Origin: Auanema rhodensis
Lineage: Eukaryota > Animalia > Nematoda
DNA length: 64,000 bases
Reading direction: 5' to 3'
Assembly: GCA_964057225.1 (NCBI GenBank)
Contig: OZ059898.1
Coordinates: 15,562,001 to 15,626,000 of the forward strand
Below the pieces are notes generated by a model. The model was not told where the DNA came from and made no database searches. It worked only from the letters and a program-made list of their open reading frames with translations. Position numbers and translations under genes: made by a program. Below, one piece after another: positions 1-12,446 of this stretch; the stretch's first letter is position 1, and the number at the start of each line of letters is the position of its first letter.

Positions 1-289
1 TCTACCTTTCTTTCGATTTCAGGTTAAATACTTTCAAGAAACATCTTGACTACTAATGAAAAGAAACTTTTATCTGCAAAATCTTTTGTCTAATCCATTT
101 TCTCTTGTCCTTTTACCTTCACAACAAACAGTTCATCTGCTAATAAACAAGAGGAAGGTGAAAGGCTTTCGAGCGTTAGATTGAGGTCATTCCGTTTCAT
201 TATGCCTTTCTTATAAGGAACATAGCATTTCTTCAACAAATGTCTTTCTTGGCTACAGGCCATGGTCAAACCAGTTACCCTTTCCATAA

Positions 290-297
290 TCTCTCTC

Positions 298-364
<67 letters not shown>
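290..364. repeat. (CT)n microsatellite
   Basis: Near-perfect CT dinucleotide run of about 75 bp. Confidence 0.95.
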
Positions 365-372
<8 letters not shown>

Positions 373-1290
373 TTTAACATTTTTCGTTCCTTTTTCGTTC
401 TCACTTATACACATACATACATATTTCCACTTTTTGTTTTTTATTGCAAAACGAGGAACAGAATCACGTGCAAAGCCTGTGTTCTCTAACTACTTTTGCT
501 AATTTCTCAAATGCTTTCTCTTTCGTAGACAACAGTTTTCCTTCACAATTCATGTTCAAAATATAAAAAAATATCACAATCACCTCATATTCCTTCTTTA
601 TATTATTAATTCTAAAGAATTATATAAGGCACAAGATTTGCCAACAATGAACTATAAACTAATACTACTAAATCCAATATTCTATAGGCACTTATCTACA
701 ATATGAATATATTATATATTATATTATATATACTATATACTATATATATGATTTTATTTATAAAATTATAATAATCTTAATAGATTATTACTCAACTTTA
801 AAATTAAAGCCATATAACTACTTATACACATACAAATACTTTCATTTCGACAACAGTTTCTATTTAAGTTTCACCCATTAAAATCAAATAACATAATTCA
901 ACTTTCAAATATTATTATTTGTTTATTTAATAAATTTATAATTGAACTTGTTCCAATTTTTTTATTATTCAATAGATGTTTTTTTTGTATTTTTCTTTTG
1001 ATATTATTTGCTTATATTTGAATTCAAACATTCAATGTCCTAGAAATAGTTTTTTCACAATTTTCAAGTATTTCAACATCTTCTTTATCTTATTCATCTA
1101 ACTCTTGTATTCTCATAACTCACGAGCATACTTGTGTATATGTATATGTGAAAGGAATATGATGTCACATCTTCAACTATCTGTGTATGTAGTATGTCCA
1201 TATATCGTCGTGAAGTACATGAAATTCTCAATAACGTTATCCATTTCATTTTCTATGCTAACTATGCAACTTATTTGTTTTAGATAAGCC

Positions 1291-2245
1291 ATGACATCGG
1301 CACGATTGTATCTTCAAATTCCATCATTTGTTCTAGGAGTTATAGGATTTATACTCATTTTCGTATCTCTTGGTACTCCTTCTTGGCAAGTTGTTTATGC
1401 GCGTGAGTTACAACAATGGATTCAAAGTGGTTTATGGCTTAGTTGTATCAGAAGGTAATTGCATTGAGTTAAGCTATGTTCACAATATCTGATGGTGTTC
1501 AGGCCAGCAGGAATGTATACTTGCACATATCAATTCTCGGAAACAGATTACAGCTTCTATACCTCAGCAGATAACATCAACTTTAGAACTCCAGCATTCT
1601 TTAGATGGCAGCGAACACTGTTGCATCTCATTCTCGTAGCACAGTTATTAGCTTTGCTTGCATTTATCACATTTTGTATATCAAATACTCAAAAAGTTCA
1701 ATTAAAATCCAATATTGTATATAATGTACTTATGACATTGTCAGGTAAAGTCAAGTTTTAAGCTTTTCTAACTAATATTTCATTTCTATAGCTGTTCTTG
1801 GTATTGGATGTATTTTGACTTTTGCTGTATTCTCACATATGGTTGAATATAGATTTTACTATGTGTCAGTCAGTGGAATATATGAGGTTTGTTCATTAAT
1901 CATAAGGTATTTTTTAAAATTTTTAATTACAGAAGCATAAAGGATATTCGTTTTACGTTTGTTTAATTGGATGTCTCTTCCTCTTAGCTTCAGCCATAGC
2001 TTCCATAGGATATACAGTTATATTGATCAGAAAAGGTCGTTGGGTTGGAGGAAGTACTGAGAGCATTAATGCTTATAGGGTAAGCTACAACTTGTCATAT
2101 CACTATTCAACGTACTTTTCATGTTTTATAGGTTCCAACTCGACAATATCCTTATGCTGAAACTGAACTATCAAGCTCTTCATTCTCTCGAGAAGATCAA
2201 TTTGCCATGAGAGCTTTACCAGATCTTCCATACAAGTATCGCTAG
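1291..2245 (+). CDS. Claudin-like (Clc-like/PMP22-claudin superfamily) tetraspan protein, 5 exons
   Basis: Manual splicing: 1291-1454, 1503-1744, 1792-1886, 1933-2079, 2132-2245 (GT-AG). Gives TM1-TPSWQV...QSGLWLSC...C (W-GLW-C-C claudin motif), further hydrophobic segments and KGYSFY before TM4. A TTTTAG acceptor lies 7 nt before the ATG. Confidence 0.88.
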
Positions 2246-2754
2246 GAAAAGAGAGGAAATTCGTTTCTTTTCAAACAAATTCTTTCATTTTCTTTATAAT
2301 TTTCATTTCTACAATCTTTCTCACAATATTTTTCATTAACTTACGGGTCATAGTTATACATTATTTTTCTTTTTTTTTATATTAAAAATAGTTTCATATA
2401 TAATCTTTCTCTCTCTCTCTTTCCCTATCTCTCTTCCTCACTCAATAACTTCTTTCATTTTTCTAATACCATATAAGATGTTGCTCCAATAATATGTGAA
2501 TTATTATATGTAATTATTGTTTTGTCACTATTTTTCCTCTTAAAAACCGGTAACCACAATATATATATATATACTCAAAAGATTTTTAATCCGTATTTCA
2601 ATTTCTCAAGCGGAAAATATGAACTTTTCAATTTTGTTTTATTTTTAATTATATTATATATATATAATATAATCGTTTAATCGAAGCTACTACATCTGAT
2701 TATTCATTCAATTTGTTGATGTTTTTCTAATTTTCATCATTATTTCCAGATCGT

Positions 2755-4028
2755 ATGATTAAATTTTCCTTGGAGCAGTGCCAAATTGTTGGTGCTGTCC
2801 TAACTGCTCTCACTTCTTTTTTCCTCTTCATTGGTACTGTAACTCCAGCTTGGCAGGTAAATTTTTTGAAGATTTTATATTGATTTATATCGAAATATTT
2901 TATAAAGGTAGCTGAAGACTTGGATATAGGAAGATACGTCCAATCTGGGTTATGGCTTTATTGTCCTGGTGCAGCGCAATGCTGGTACATCTTTAGTGAT
3001 AATTTAATTAATTATTATGAAAAAGTATGTTTGAAACTTATTTTCAACTTTAATATACAACTTTAGGTTGATGTGTGCCGGTTCTTTCTCATCGGTGATT
3101 GTAGAAAAAAACTTTTGAGAACACCATATTTCTTTGGTAAACTTATATACAAACATAATTCCATGCTTAAACAATATGCTTAAGGTTGGCACTATGCTGT
3201 TCTTATTCTAAATATGATTGCTCTTGGCTTTTTGTCTATAGCATTTGTAGCAGTAGTTCTTTGTTATCTTAAAAAAGATAAAAAGAAGATTGGAACTATC
3301 GTTTATGATGTTTTTGTGGCTTTAAGTGGTTAGTGATCTTGATTAAACTTAAGATTTTAGTTCATCTAATATTATTTTATAGAAAAACAACAAATTTTTA
3401 AAACTAAAATCTATTTTTTTAGGTCTCTTCCTTACTATTTCGCTTATTGTTTTTGTTGTTAATGCTGAAATGTTGGAATCAAAATACCTTATAGGTACCA
3501 AAAATACATTTGAGGTAAATCAATCGTATAACTTCTATTATCTAATTTCAATTTATTTCTTTAGAAGTCATACGGATATTCTTTCTATTTGGCTTGCTTT
3601 TCTCTTTTTATACTATCATTTGCAATGCTTGCTGGAGTTTTGCTTACAACGTTTACATTTTTCATTAAATCCGACGTTGATATGACCGGAATTCGGGATG
3701 ATTATAGGGCTTCCCTCTATTACCAAGATCAACCTAAAGTGGTAAGCTGAATATCATATTTGAAATAAGCTTATTCATTTTTCTGTCCACTTTTCAGCTT
3801 CTTTCACCTTCAATGAGAGGATCCTTTGCTGCTGATGCTCAAACACCACTCCGTTCTATGACACCTATGTCACAGGTTTGAAGACCTTTCTCCTTTTCAA
3901 CAAACTGAGAGCACTTCTCCTATTTTCAGATACCACCACTTAATGTTACTCATGGAGAATATATACCACCAGCACGATCACCTAATGGAGACTTCCAACA
4001 GAATACTAGACACTTCTATAGCTATTAA
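2755..4028 (+). CDS. Second claudin-like (Clc-like) protein, tandem paralogue, about 8 exons
   Basis: MIKFSLEQC...TPAWQ/VAEDLDIGRYVQSGLWLYCPGAAQCW; later YGYSFYLAC and a Pro/Ser-rich tail. The last exon 3930-4028 ends FYSY*. Short GT-AG introns. Confidence 0.86.
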
Positions 4029-4282
4029 TTCATTGATGTCATGTCACTTTCCAACTTGCCTTATTGTGCTTTATACGAGTTCGTCTGATCATATGTACAC
4101 ATACTTGCCAATATTATAAAAGTTTATAATAAATAAAAGATGACGATTTGTATAAATGACGATTTGATTTGCATAATAACATGAAAATTCAGAAAACCCA
4201 TAAGAAACGAAGGCAGAATCGGGATTTAGAGATCGTAATGCATCTAACAAGAAGTGAAAAGTGAATAAAGAATAGACATAGA

Positions 4283-4710
4283 CAAAAGTTTCTGGAGGTA
4301 GTGTTTCACCTGGAGATACATAAAATGTTTTTGGGTCTGGATTCTCAAAAAAGATCCATTTTTCATCGCCAGTGATTACACTAACGAAAAACCCTCTTTT
4401 TTAGCCATCTCAAGCAGGTTTTTGAAACAGCTCATTCTTGCCACCTTGTTAGAAGAGCTGAGAACATGAGGGATTTGAGGGGAATATTTTTTGAGCTACT
4501 GCTGTTGTGAGCTTACTAAAGAGCCTTTTCAAGCTTCTCGTTCGCTTGTCAAAAACCATTTCAAAAAACAAGAGCAAAAACGAAAATAAAAGTGAAAAAA
4601 AAAGAATTTTTTAAATATAATTTTGAATTTGGTTTATGCTAATTTTCAATTTTAAAATATTTATTCAAGTTTAAATGTGGGTGGCCAGAAACTTTTGCGT
4701 ACACCTAGTA
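4283..4710 (-). mobile_element. Degraded, internally deleted mariner-family DNA transposon
   Basis: Minus strand encodes VITGDEKWIFFENP (4356-4379 = VITGDEKW, the first catalytic Asp motif of mariner transposases) and QIPHVL (WVPHEL-like) with a frameshift between them. Inverted repeat CAAAAGTTTCTGG 4283-4295 / CCAGAAACTTTTG 4685-4697; the right end extends to ...ACACCTAG-TA. Confidence 0.75.
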
Positions 4711-4790
4711 TCACATGACAGAGACGGCATGAGAGAAATGGACTGAGAGAAAAAAAAGAGAAAAGGAAAACATACAACGATCAGCATATA

Positions 4791-7239
4791 TTAAGGCATA
4801 CGTGAGAGTAATTTGTCCAATTCTTCCATTTCCATCAGCTTATTTTCATCCTGTTCATCCTTAAAAAGAGAATTGAAACACTGCAGGAGGGAGCATGGTA
4901 TTCAAACCTCGTGCGAAGGACCAACATATTCTGATTGTGTTGAAACAATAGATTCTAAAGCTGCTCGGGTAAGCTGAAATACAAATATTACTGCATAAAA
5001 TTAAATTAAAAATGTTACCTCGTCGTACGGACATATAGCTAATGATTTATGGAAGAAAATAGCAGAATTTTCTATTTCCCCGATGGCAGCATAAGCCATA
5101 GCAACAGATGTTAGGGCTTGGACATTACGAGGATTCATAAGCAAAGCTCTCCTATAAGAAAATTAAAAGCTAAAAAAAATTAACAGAACACTGACTGATG
5201 ATATACGATCGCATCTTCGTTTGCTCCAAGTCTACGAGAGCAATGACCAAGGTTATTAATCAGTGGTTCCCAGAATTCATTAATCGGAGCATTCCTAAAA
5301 GAAATACGATGTTAAAAGAAAATAAAAAAAACACCCACTTCATGACTTGAGAAAGGGGTTTTGTATTATTTTCAGCATCAACAGGATCCTCGAAAAGAAC
5401 TAAGCTTAAGGCTTTTTGCAATAACTTTATACATGCTAAAATCATAAATTTAGATCGTAAATAGTTAAAAATGACAAACTAGAAAAGTCGGCTTTGTTAA
5501 ACGCAAGAGTTCCTTGTTCATGGATAACAATAGGATTTGTAGGAGATAACTTAGCAGCATCTTCCAAGAATTGATCAGCCAATTTAACCCCGCTTTTACA
5601 GTACTGCTTAGCAACATATAGCAGAGGTTCAAAATGTCGTTCAAGTATACGAGAAGCCTAAAACGATAAATATGTGCAGGAATATATGTCATAACTCACT
5701 CTATAATAGCAATTCAAAGCTTGATCGTTTTCGGAATCAGCAGAGAGTATGTGACCATAAGCTAGCCAGCCTTCTCCAAATCCAGTATTCATCATGGTTG
5801 CCTTATCTTAATAAAAACACAGAAATATGAAAGTAAAGAGAATACTTACTCATGAAATTTTTTGCCGCAGGTATGTTTCTGCATGCAAAGTAATACATTG
5901 ATACAGCGTACCAACTGTATTCATGATCAGGCATTGTATCAACAAGTCGATGAGCCAAAAGAAACAGCTCTTCGCAATTCTCAAGCTGGGTAAGAGCTCC
6001 AACATGAGTTAAGATGCAATCCTAAGAGAAACTATATTATTTTACAAGTGAGGAAAACAAGATTACCATATATATTCCATGCTTTTTGATGATATCGCTG
6101 GTGATTTTAAATGCAGCAGCAGCATCTCCGCGACCTAACAATTCATCGGCTTGAACTGATCTCACTCGAGGGTCAAGAGCCAAATTTAAACTTGAACGTT
6201 CATAAACCTAAATAAAGATTGAAATAATAGGTAGAAATATCTTCACTTACAAGTCTTTTTAGTTTTATTTCCTGTACATTTTCCAATAACTTGTATTTTA
6301 TTAATAACTGTTGAGCTAATAAGCAATCTCTATCTTTCATAAACGCTAGACTTAAACAACGACATGCTGCCTCTCTGTATTCAAGTATTAAGAAAGTACG
6401 ACCATATATGAGCAACATGCCAGAATGAAGCTAAATCAAAAACTTATAATTCCAAAACAAAATAATATCTCACTTTCAAATCATCTACCATTGTCTGGAG
6501 AACTCTCGAGTCGTCAACGTTCAACGTGGCACTATCTCCAACGTATCCTCCGCAGTCAGCTCCTTCAACCAATTGAAAATATTTAGTTGGAACACCAGCC
6601 TGTTCTAACTAAAAGACAATGAATAAAGACAGAACAATAAAATTGTATTTACCAGACTACCAAGAGGGGCTGAACGGATGTCAGCATATAACCTAAGATG
6701 AAACAAGGCACTGATATAAAAGTAGGCAAAGAATGTATGTCTCCGAAATAGCTTATTCTCTTCCAATATAGCTCGTATCCTCATCCATTCGTGTACGCTG
6801 GCCAACGCCTGCAAACAATGAAGACTAATTAAATAAATTACCGAAATAGACATACCTGTATATGTCTGGCAAATTTTATGACATCTAAAGTAGTATCTCC
6901 TTCACATTGCCTAGCATAGCTAGCATCAATAAACAGAACAGCAGTAGCAAAATCACCAATACTTGTGAACCGTCTAAGTAAGGTAATTTACAAAGTAAAG
7001 TAGACAATAGCTAACCTAATTGAATCCTCTACAGATGATAGGTTTTCACTGGACATAAATGTTGAATCCATATCGAAACTATATTGAACATTAAAAAAAT
7101 GTAATATTATAGGAACTTACGAATCTTCATCAAAATCCATTCTTAGAGGTTGTTGCGGTTGTGTTCGAGGAGTGAAGTGCCTAAGAGCTACACGGCTTGA
7201 TGAGATGCAGCTCAAAGGAGTTAATGTTCTATTATCCAT
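4791..7239 (-). CDS. emb-27: Anaphase-promoting complex subunit 6 (CDC16/APC6), multi-exon TPR protein
   Basis: Spliced peptides WYAVSMYYF, KATMNTGFGEGWLAYGHILSADSENDQALNCYYR, NNLGHCSRRLG and FHKSLAICPYD are typical of CDC16 TPRs. ATG at 7239; last exon ends LLSRMP* at 4791. Not every internal exon boundary was verified. Confidence 0.85.
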
Positions 7240-7515
7240 CGAAACCTTAACTTTAATTTGAGATAATGTAACATAAAATTAGTTAAAAATTCAGTAGCAA
7301 TCTTTAAAAAAATAATTGAAAACGTAATGTCTTCTTTAATGCCATATTCAAATTAAAGTAGCTTTAGTCGTCGCATTGAAAATAAGAATTTGCGCGTGAG
7401 CCAAAAAATAGAGCAAAGGGTCCCTTATTTTAAAGATATTACCCTATGAGTCAGCTTTTCTTCAAAATTCTTTGTTCTAATCATTTTAATTAAATTGCAA
7501 TTTCTTTCCAGGCAA
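7240..7515. promoter_or_regulatory. Probable compact bidirectional promoter between CDC16 and ICMT
   Basis: Only about 276 bp separate the two divergent ATGs. Contains an isolated GC motif TTTGCGCG (about 7389-7396, E2F/DREAM-like) in AT-rich DNA. Function is inferred. Confidence 0.5.
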
Positions 7516-8602
7516 ATGATGCTAACATATAAAAATTTATGTAATCAATATCGGTTAGATTCGGAATTTAGATCGTCTTTACAATGCTTCAGCTATTTTC
7601 TAGCAATTTCTATTATTTTAATATGGTTACCATACTTTTTATGTATTCCAATTTCTGCTATATGCTTTTACAGTAAGTTAATTTAATCTTTCTCTCCGAA
7701 ATGCTTGTTTGTTATTCAGTTTTATATTCTAAAACAACGAAGTTAGGGCTAAAACATGCTTACACCATGCAGTCAGCACTTCTCGGCTGGGTAAGTAAAT
7801 AAATAAATACGAAAAATATACATAAGTAACAGACAACTGGATCATCAGCATTAATGTTTATCTCACAGTATCACCGATCTTTCTGTACATTTTTCGTTTA
7901 TGCTTTCATTCTCTCTGTTTTTCACTTTTCTGAGTTTGTTTTTACGGCGATTACGAATAGGTTTGTTATACTTTTTCATTTCAATACCGTTTTGTTTCGT
8001 TGTGCAGAAGGTCTCTCCAGCCTGATTCTTTTCTTTTGAATCATTCTCATGCTTATTGGATTGCTGCCACTTCCAGCTGGCTGGAATTTTTTATTGAGGT
8101 TAACTTCTTTTAACATTCCTGCTTGAACTTTAATCTTTAAGGTTTACTTCTTCCCATCTCTGAAAGGTGGATGGATGTGTTTCATTGGTTTTTGTGTTTG
8201 CATTCTTGGAGAATTTATTAGAAAATCAGCTATGGTTCAAGCTGGACTTGGTTTCACACATAAGCTGGCTATGAGTAAGCGTCCCGATCACAATCTAGTA
8301 ACGACAGGTGTTTATGCTTATATTCGTCATCCTGGATATTGTGGTTAGTTTCTAAAGTTTTTTTCTCATTTCTGTTAACACAAAATTGCTTAGGATGGTT
8401 CTTATGGAGCGTAGGAACTCAAATAATTTTATGTAATCCATTTTGTTTGGCTGCCTATACATTCGTTACTTGGAAATTTTTCAATGATAGAATATATGAG
8501 GAAGAACGAGATCTCATTCAATTTTTCGGGCAAGACTATATGACATATCAACAAAATGTTCGAATTGGTATACCATTAGTTACTGGTTATATACTAGGAT
8601 GA
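7516..8602 (+). CDS. icmt-1: Protein-S-isoprenylcysteine O-methyltransferase (ICMT/Ste14), multi-exon
   Basis: FHFSEFVFTA, PDSFLLNHS, GFTHKLA...HNLVTTGVYAYIRHPGYCGWFLWSVGTQ and RIYEEERDLIQFFGQDY...IGIP are hallmark ICMT motifs. Confidence 0.92.
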
Positions 8603-9074
8603 TTAAAAAATTTTTTTACAACAGCTAACATGTTTTAATAAAAATGTTTGTCCTTAAAATGACCTAGCTTACTGTGACCGATTCAGAATATCTTCATAAA
8701 ACAATAAGTTTAAATACAGGTGAATGTTTCTATTCTTTTTATTTGTTCGAAACTTTTTTTAAATTTCAAACTTACACCTTCTTCTTATCACTTGAAACTT
8801 TAATTTAAAATTTTATAGTATTCTTGAATCTTTGAGCATTAAGTGCATTGATAACGCGAATTCTTTTGTTTTATCAAAATCGATTTTTTTTTGTTGAAAG
8901 GTTGATCTCTAATTTTTCTTAAATTTTAATTTATTTATTCATATTATTATTATTTTGATATTTGAAGCATTATAATGAAGTGGTTCTCTTATTAATTTTT
9001 CATTTTTTAAATGTTCATACTTTTTATATTTTCAAATTGGTTTGGTTTTTTTTGCAAAAATTCTCAATTTAGAT

Positions 9075-11145
9075 ATGCTGTTAGAAATAATCTCTATTTA
9101 CCTATCAATCCTATTAGGATGTTTTATATCAACAGTTGGTCTAATTCTTGTTGGAAGATCGTGGGAAAGGTTGCCTTTTTTGTACCTGGAATTAGTACAA
9201 AAAATCCAGAATCTTTTTCCTCCAACATATCCAGCTGATTCGAAAGACGAATCCTGGCCTTCCATTATTCATAGGGTAAGCATTCTATATCTTTTAAATG
9301 TTATATGTATTATTTACTTTTTATTATACTGTTCTAGCATAATTTTTTGTTCTTTTAACAGGAAGAGGAAAGTAAGCTAATGAAACCATCTGCTGCTGCG
9401 CTTCCAAAGTTCGAATTCACTTCCGGCACCTCTGGTCCTTGGTCCATGTCAGGTGATGCTATTAGATCTGGACTTGAATCTATAATACAAGTACTTTCTA
9501 TTGTTGCTTTTTTTTCAAAATTTATTTGTTTTAGGATGATTTCTCATCAGCCTTTGACCATGCTCCTTCTTACTCCGAATCGCTTCTACGGTGGAAGCCA
9601 CTAGAGTCTTGGAGTTTGACACAAAAATCTCTATTTTACATCACACTCGTATTCAGGTTTCTCTTTTTTTTATTAATAATTTCAAAGATTGTTCATTCAG
9701 AATTTTTATTCTTTTCCCGGTTCGTCTCAGCCTTTTCGTCTTTTCATTTGTTTTTGTTGCAGTTTGTGCTTCTTTCACAATGATCAAAGTACTAACAATG
9801 ACACATTTCTTTTCTTTAAAAGTTTGTTTTGTAGGATCTGTCGGAAAATGAACGCCGATATATATCTATACTGTATTGCCGCATTTTTTCTGCCAGTCTC
9901 GGTGTTATTGCTACTTATGAAAGGAAAGAAAATGCCCCACGTCGGCCAGGTACGTGTCTAATTGTTTTCTTTTGTTATTTTGCTAAGATATTACTTATAT
10001 TTCTTATTAATAGAAAAATCATTTCAAGGTTTTCTTTATTTTTCAATCATTACTCAATTTATATTTAGTACCACATGCGTATATTGGTGTTTAAAATGAT
10101 CTCATTTTAAAATTCGTTATCCGATGTATGCGGTCGTTCGTTGAATTCGTTCTCGCTTAGGTCTTGTTGTGTCGAATCATATCACTCCTAATGATGTTCA
10201 AATCATCTGGGCGGGTGCTGAACATGCTAATTCTGATGGTTATATCGTAACTGGTCAGAAGCACAAAGGAATTATAGGCAAAGAGTATTCCCTGTTACAT
10301 GTTTTAACTTAATCCTATTCAGGTTCACTTGAGATGTTAACTAGCCGAATCTGTCCCTCATTATGGCTTGAGAGAGCTAGTGCGCAAGAGAGATCCGACT
10401 TTTTATCTGGTGTTCTCAGCTTAGCTAAGGTTTTCACTTTTTATTATCATAATTACTGTAGTATAATATCAGACAAATGGTCCCATATTACTATTTCCCG
10501 AAGGATACTGTTCAAATAATACTCAAGTTTTACAATTCCGAAAAGCTGCATTTGTGGAAGGAATAGATATATATCCAATTGCTATTAAGTAAGCTTGCAT
10601 TTTTATTGATCAAGCCTCTATTTTTTTCCTTTTAAAGACAAAACGGAAAATTTTCTGATGCATATTGGTTTGAAGATCAATTTTATATGTATTTGTTACG
10701 TTTGATGATGAGCTGGGCCACTGTATATGAAGTTGTCTATCTTGGTTTGTCTGAGATCTTGATTGAGATTGTAAAAAATATTTCAGAGAAAACTAGAAGG
10801 TACGATGAAGAAGATAATACTGATTTTGCCGCCAGAGTTCAAACTGCTATAGCTAATGAAATTTCGAAACCAGTTGGACAGTTTGATGGGGGTGTATGGT
10901 ATAAGTAAGTATTTTGTTCTTTGTTCACTGAGATTCTCTATTTTTTGGAATTAAATTATTTATTTTTCAGAAAAAATGAACAAGCTAAGCTGAAAAATGT
11001 TCAGCAGAAAAATTGTGCTTTATCTCTGTTGAAGCATATGGAGAATATTGCTTCGAATGAACATTGTAGGAAAAGTAGTACAGCTAGTTCTATGTCTTTT
11101 ATAGACTTAGAATTAGACAATAGAACGACTATTTTAGCTCATTAG
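9075..11145 (+). CDS. Glycerol-3-phosphate acyltransferase, GPAT3/4 (AGPAT6/9; nematode acl-4/acl-5-like), multi-exon
   Basis: N-terminal TM; acyltransferase motifs SNHITPND (HxxxxD), GQKHKGIIG, WLER, LLFPEGYCSNN, IYPIAIK, DAYW, YLLRLMMSWA and FAARVQTAIA. Confidence 0.87.
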
Positions 11146-11418
11146 CTCGAATTTATTTCAGTTAAAACCCTCTTATTCTGTGTTGAAAATATGATTTTTC
11201 GAATCACAGCCTTGCATACTTTGATCTGAACATCAACTAATTTGTGTTTTGCATGATGAAAGCTTTACTGTACGGTTTTTTCGCTCGAAAACTGAAAATT
11301 TCAATTTTCAAGTTCTCCTCACTAGTTATCGAATAGATGGCAATTTTGAAATTTTTGAATTCATATTTCGAAGAGCTTTACTTATATATTTCTTTGTTGT
11401 GAAAAAGTTGAAAACAAA

Positions 11419-11812
11419 TGTATCAATACTTAGGTATTTTTATGGAATTAATTGATTTTTAGAATTCTAATAAATGTTTTCAATTCATTTGTTTTAATAT
11501 TTCTTTATATAGTATGAACACAGAAGCTAAATAAGCTGTCAACTGACAGGTGACCAGTCAGAAAATATTAAGTTCCTAAATATTAAGCAATTCTATCAAA
11601 AAGCATTCAGTGATTACAGGCCATGTGACAACTTCTTACTATCTCCAGCAAGTTAATCAGTTTTCAGACCAAATGCTTCCAATAATCTTGCCGTTAGTAG
11701 CATAAAGAACTTGAAACAGCTATTTCAATAATTTTTTTTTGCTGAATTCACTAGCTTCATCTATTACCTGTTAGCTGATAAGAATCTGACTGATAACTCT
11801 ATTTCATCTCTT
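11419..11812 (+). repeat. 394-bp direct repeat, left copy (host intergenic DNA)
   Basis: Matches 57890-58283 (offset 46471) with no mismatch found by eye. Contains AATAAA (11469-11474) and TGATAA at 11776 and 11791. Confidence 0.95.
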
Positions 11813-12186
11813 GGCTGTGTACACGATGTGCCCGGTGAATGTTCGATTTACTCCCAGATCGTGAACTATGATCCAATCACATTAATCAGAAGTTGGGTAT
11901 TCAGATGTGTAGATTCTGAATTTTCTAATATAAATTGACGAGGACCTCTCTATTTTCCTGAAAAATAGTTTATCTCGACCCCATCCCAAGATTTGTTCAC
12001 AAAAAAGTTCAGGCTGTAGTCACGTTGTGCCCGGTGAATGTTCGATTTACTCCCAGATCGTGAACTATGATCAAATAAAATTAATCTCAAGTTGGGTATT
12101 CAGATGTGTAGATTCTGAATTTTCTAATAAAAATTGACGAGGACCTTTATATTTTCCGGAAAAAGGGTTTATCTCGACAACATCCA
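11813..12186 (-). repeat. About 1.9 inverted copies of the 199-bp satellite
   Basis: Reverse complement of the main monomer, e.g. GTGCCCGGTGAATGTTCGATTTACTCCCAGATCGTGAAC. Confidence 0.95.
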
Positions 12187-12200
12187 CAGAAAAACAAACG

Positions 12201-12305
12201 TTCACCGGGCACAACATGACTACAGCCTGAACTTTTTTGTGAACAAATCTTGGGATGGGGTCGAGATAAACCCTTTTTCCGAAAAATAGAGAGGTCTTCG
12301 TCAAT
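12201..12305 (+). repeat. Partial forward satellite monomer forming a fold-back with the inverted copies
   Basis: TTCACCGGGCACAACATGACTACAGCC...GAGAGGTCTTCGTCAAT, monomer positions about 156 through 62. Confidence 0.92.
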
Positions 12306-12374
12306 TCTCACTAGGAAAAGATTGTGATTTGTCCGCTTTCGAACTTTCTCTTTTTAGATGAAATGAATTTCGTA

Positions 12375-12446
12375 GCGTTCGTGGTGTAATGGTCAGCATG
12401 GATGCCTTCCAAGCATTCGACGGGGGTTCGATTCCCCCCGAACGCA
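12375..12446 (+). tRNA. tRNA-Gly (anticodon TCC)
   Basis: 72-nt cloverleaf: GCGTTCG/CGAACGC acceptor stem, anticodon loop CT-TCC-AA (TCC 12408-12410), GGTTCGATTCC B box and a T-run terminator at 12451. Confidence 0.97.

Noticed and set aside
90-489. ORFs 90-287 and 262-489
   Set aside because: The second is a translation of the CT microsatellite. The first 290 bp might be an exon of an upstream gene, but this cannot be supported from the window.
8603-9074. ICMT-GPAT operon
   Set aside because: Same strand, but about 430 bp from the poly(A) signal to the acceptor is longer than the typical ~100 bp; it cannot be called without SL2 data.
12375-12446. Local tRNA-Gly(TCC) as primer for the retroelement
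   Set aside because: It would need the PBS TGGTGCGTTCGG; the observed TGGTGCATCAGG matches only 6 nt and fits the GCC isoacceptor better.
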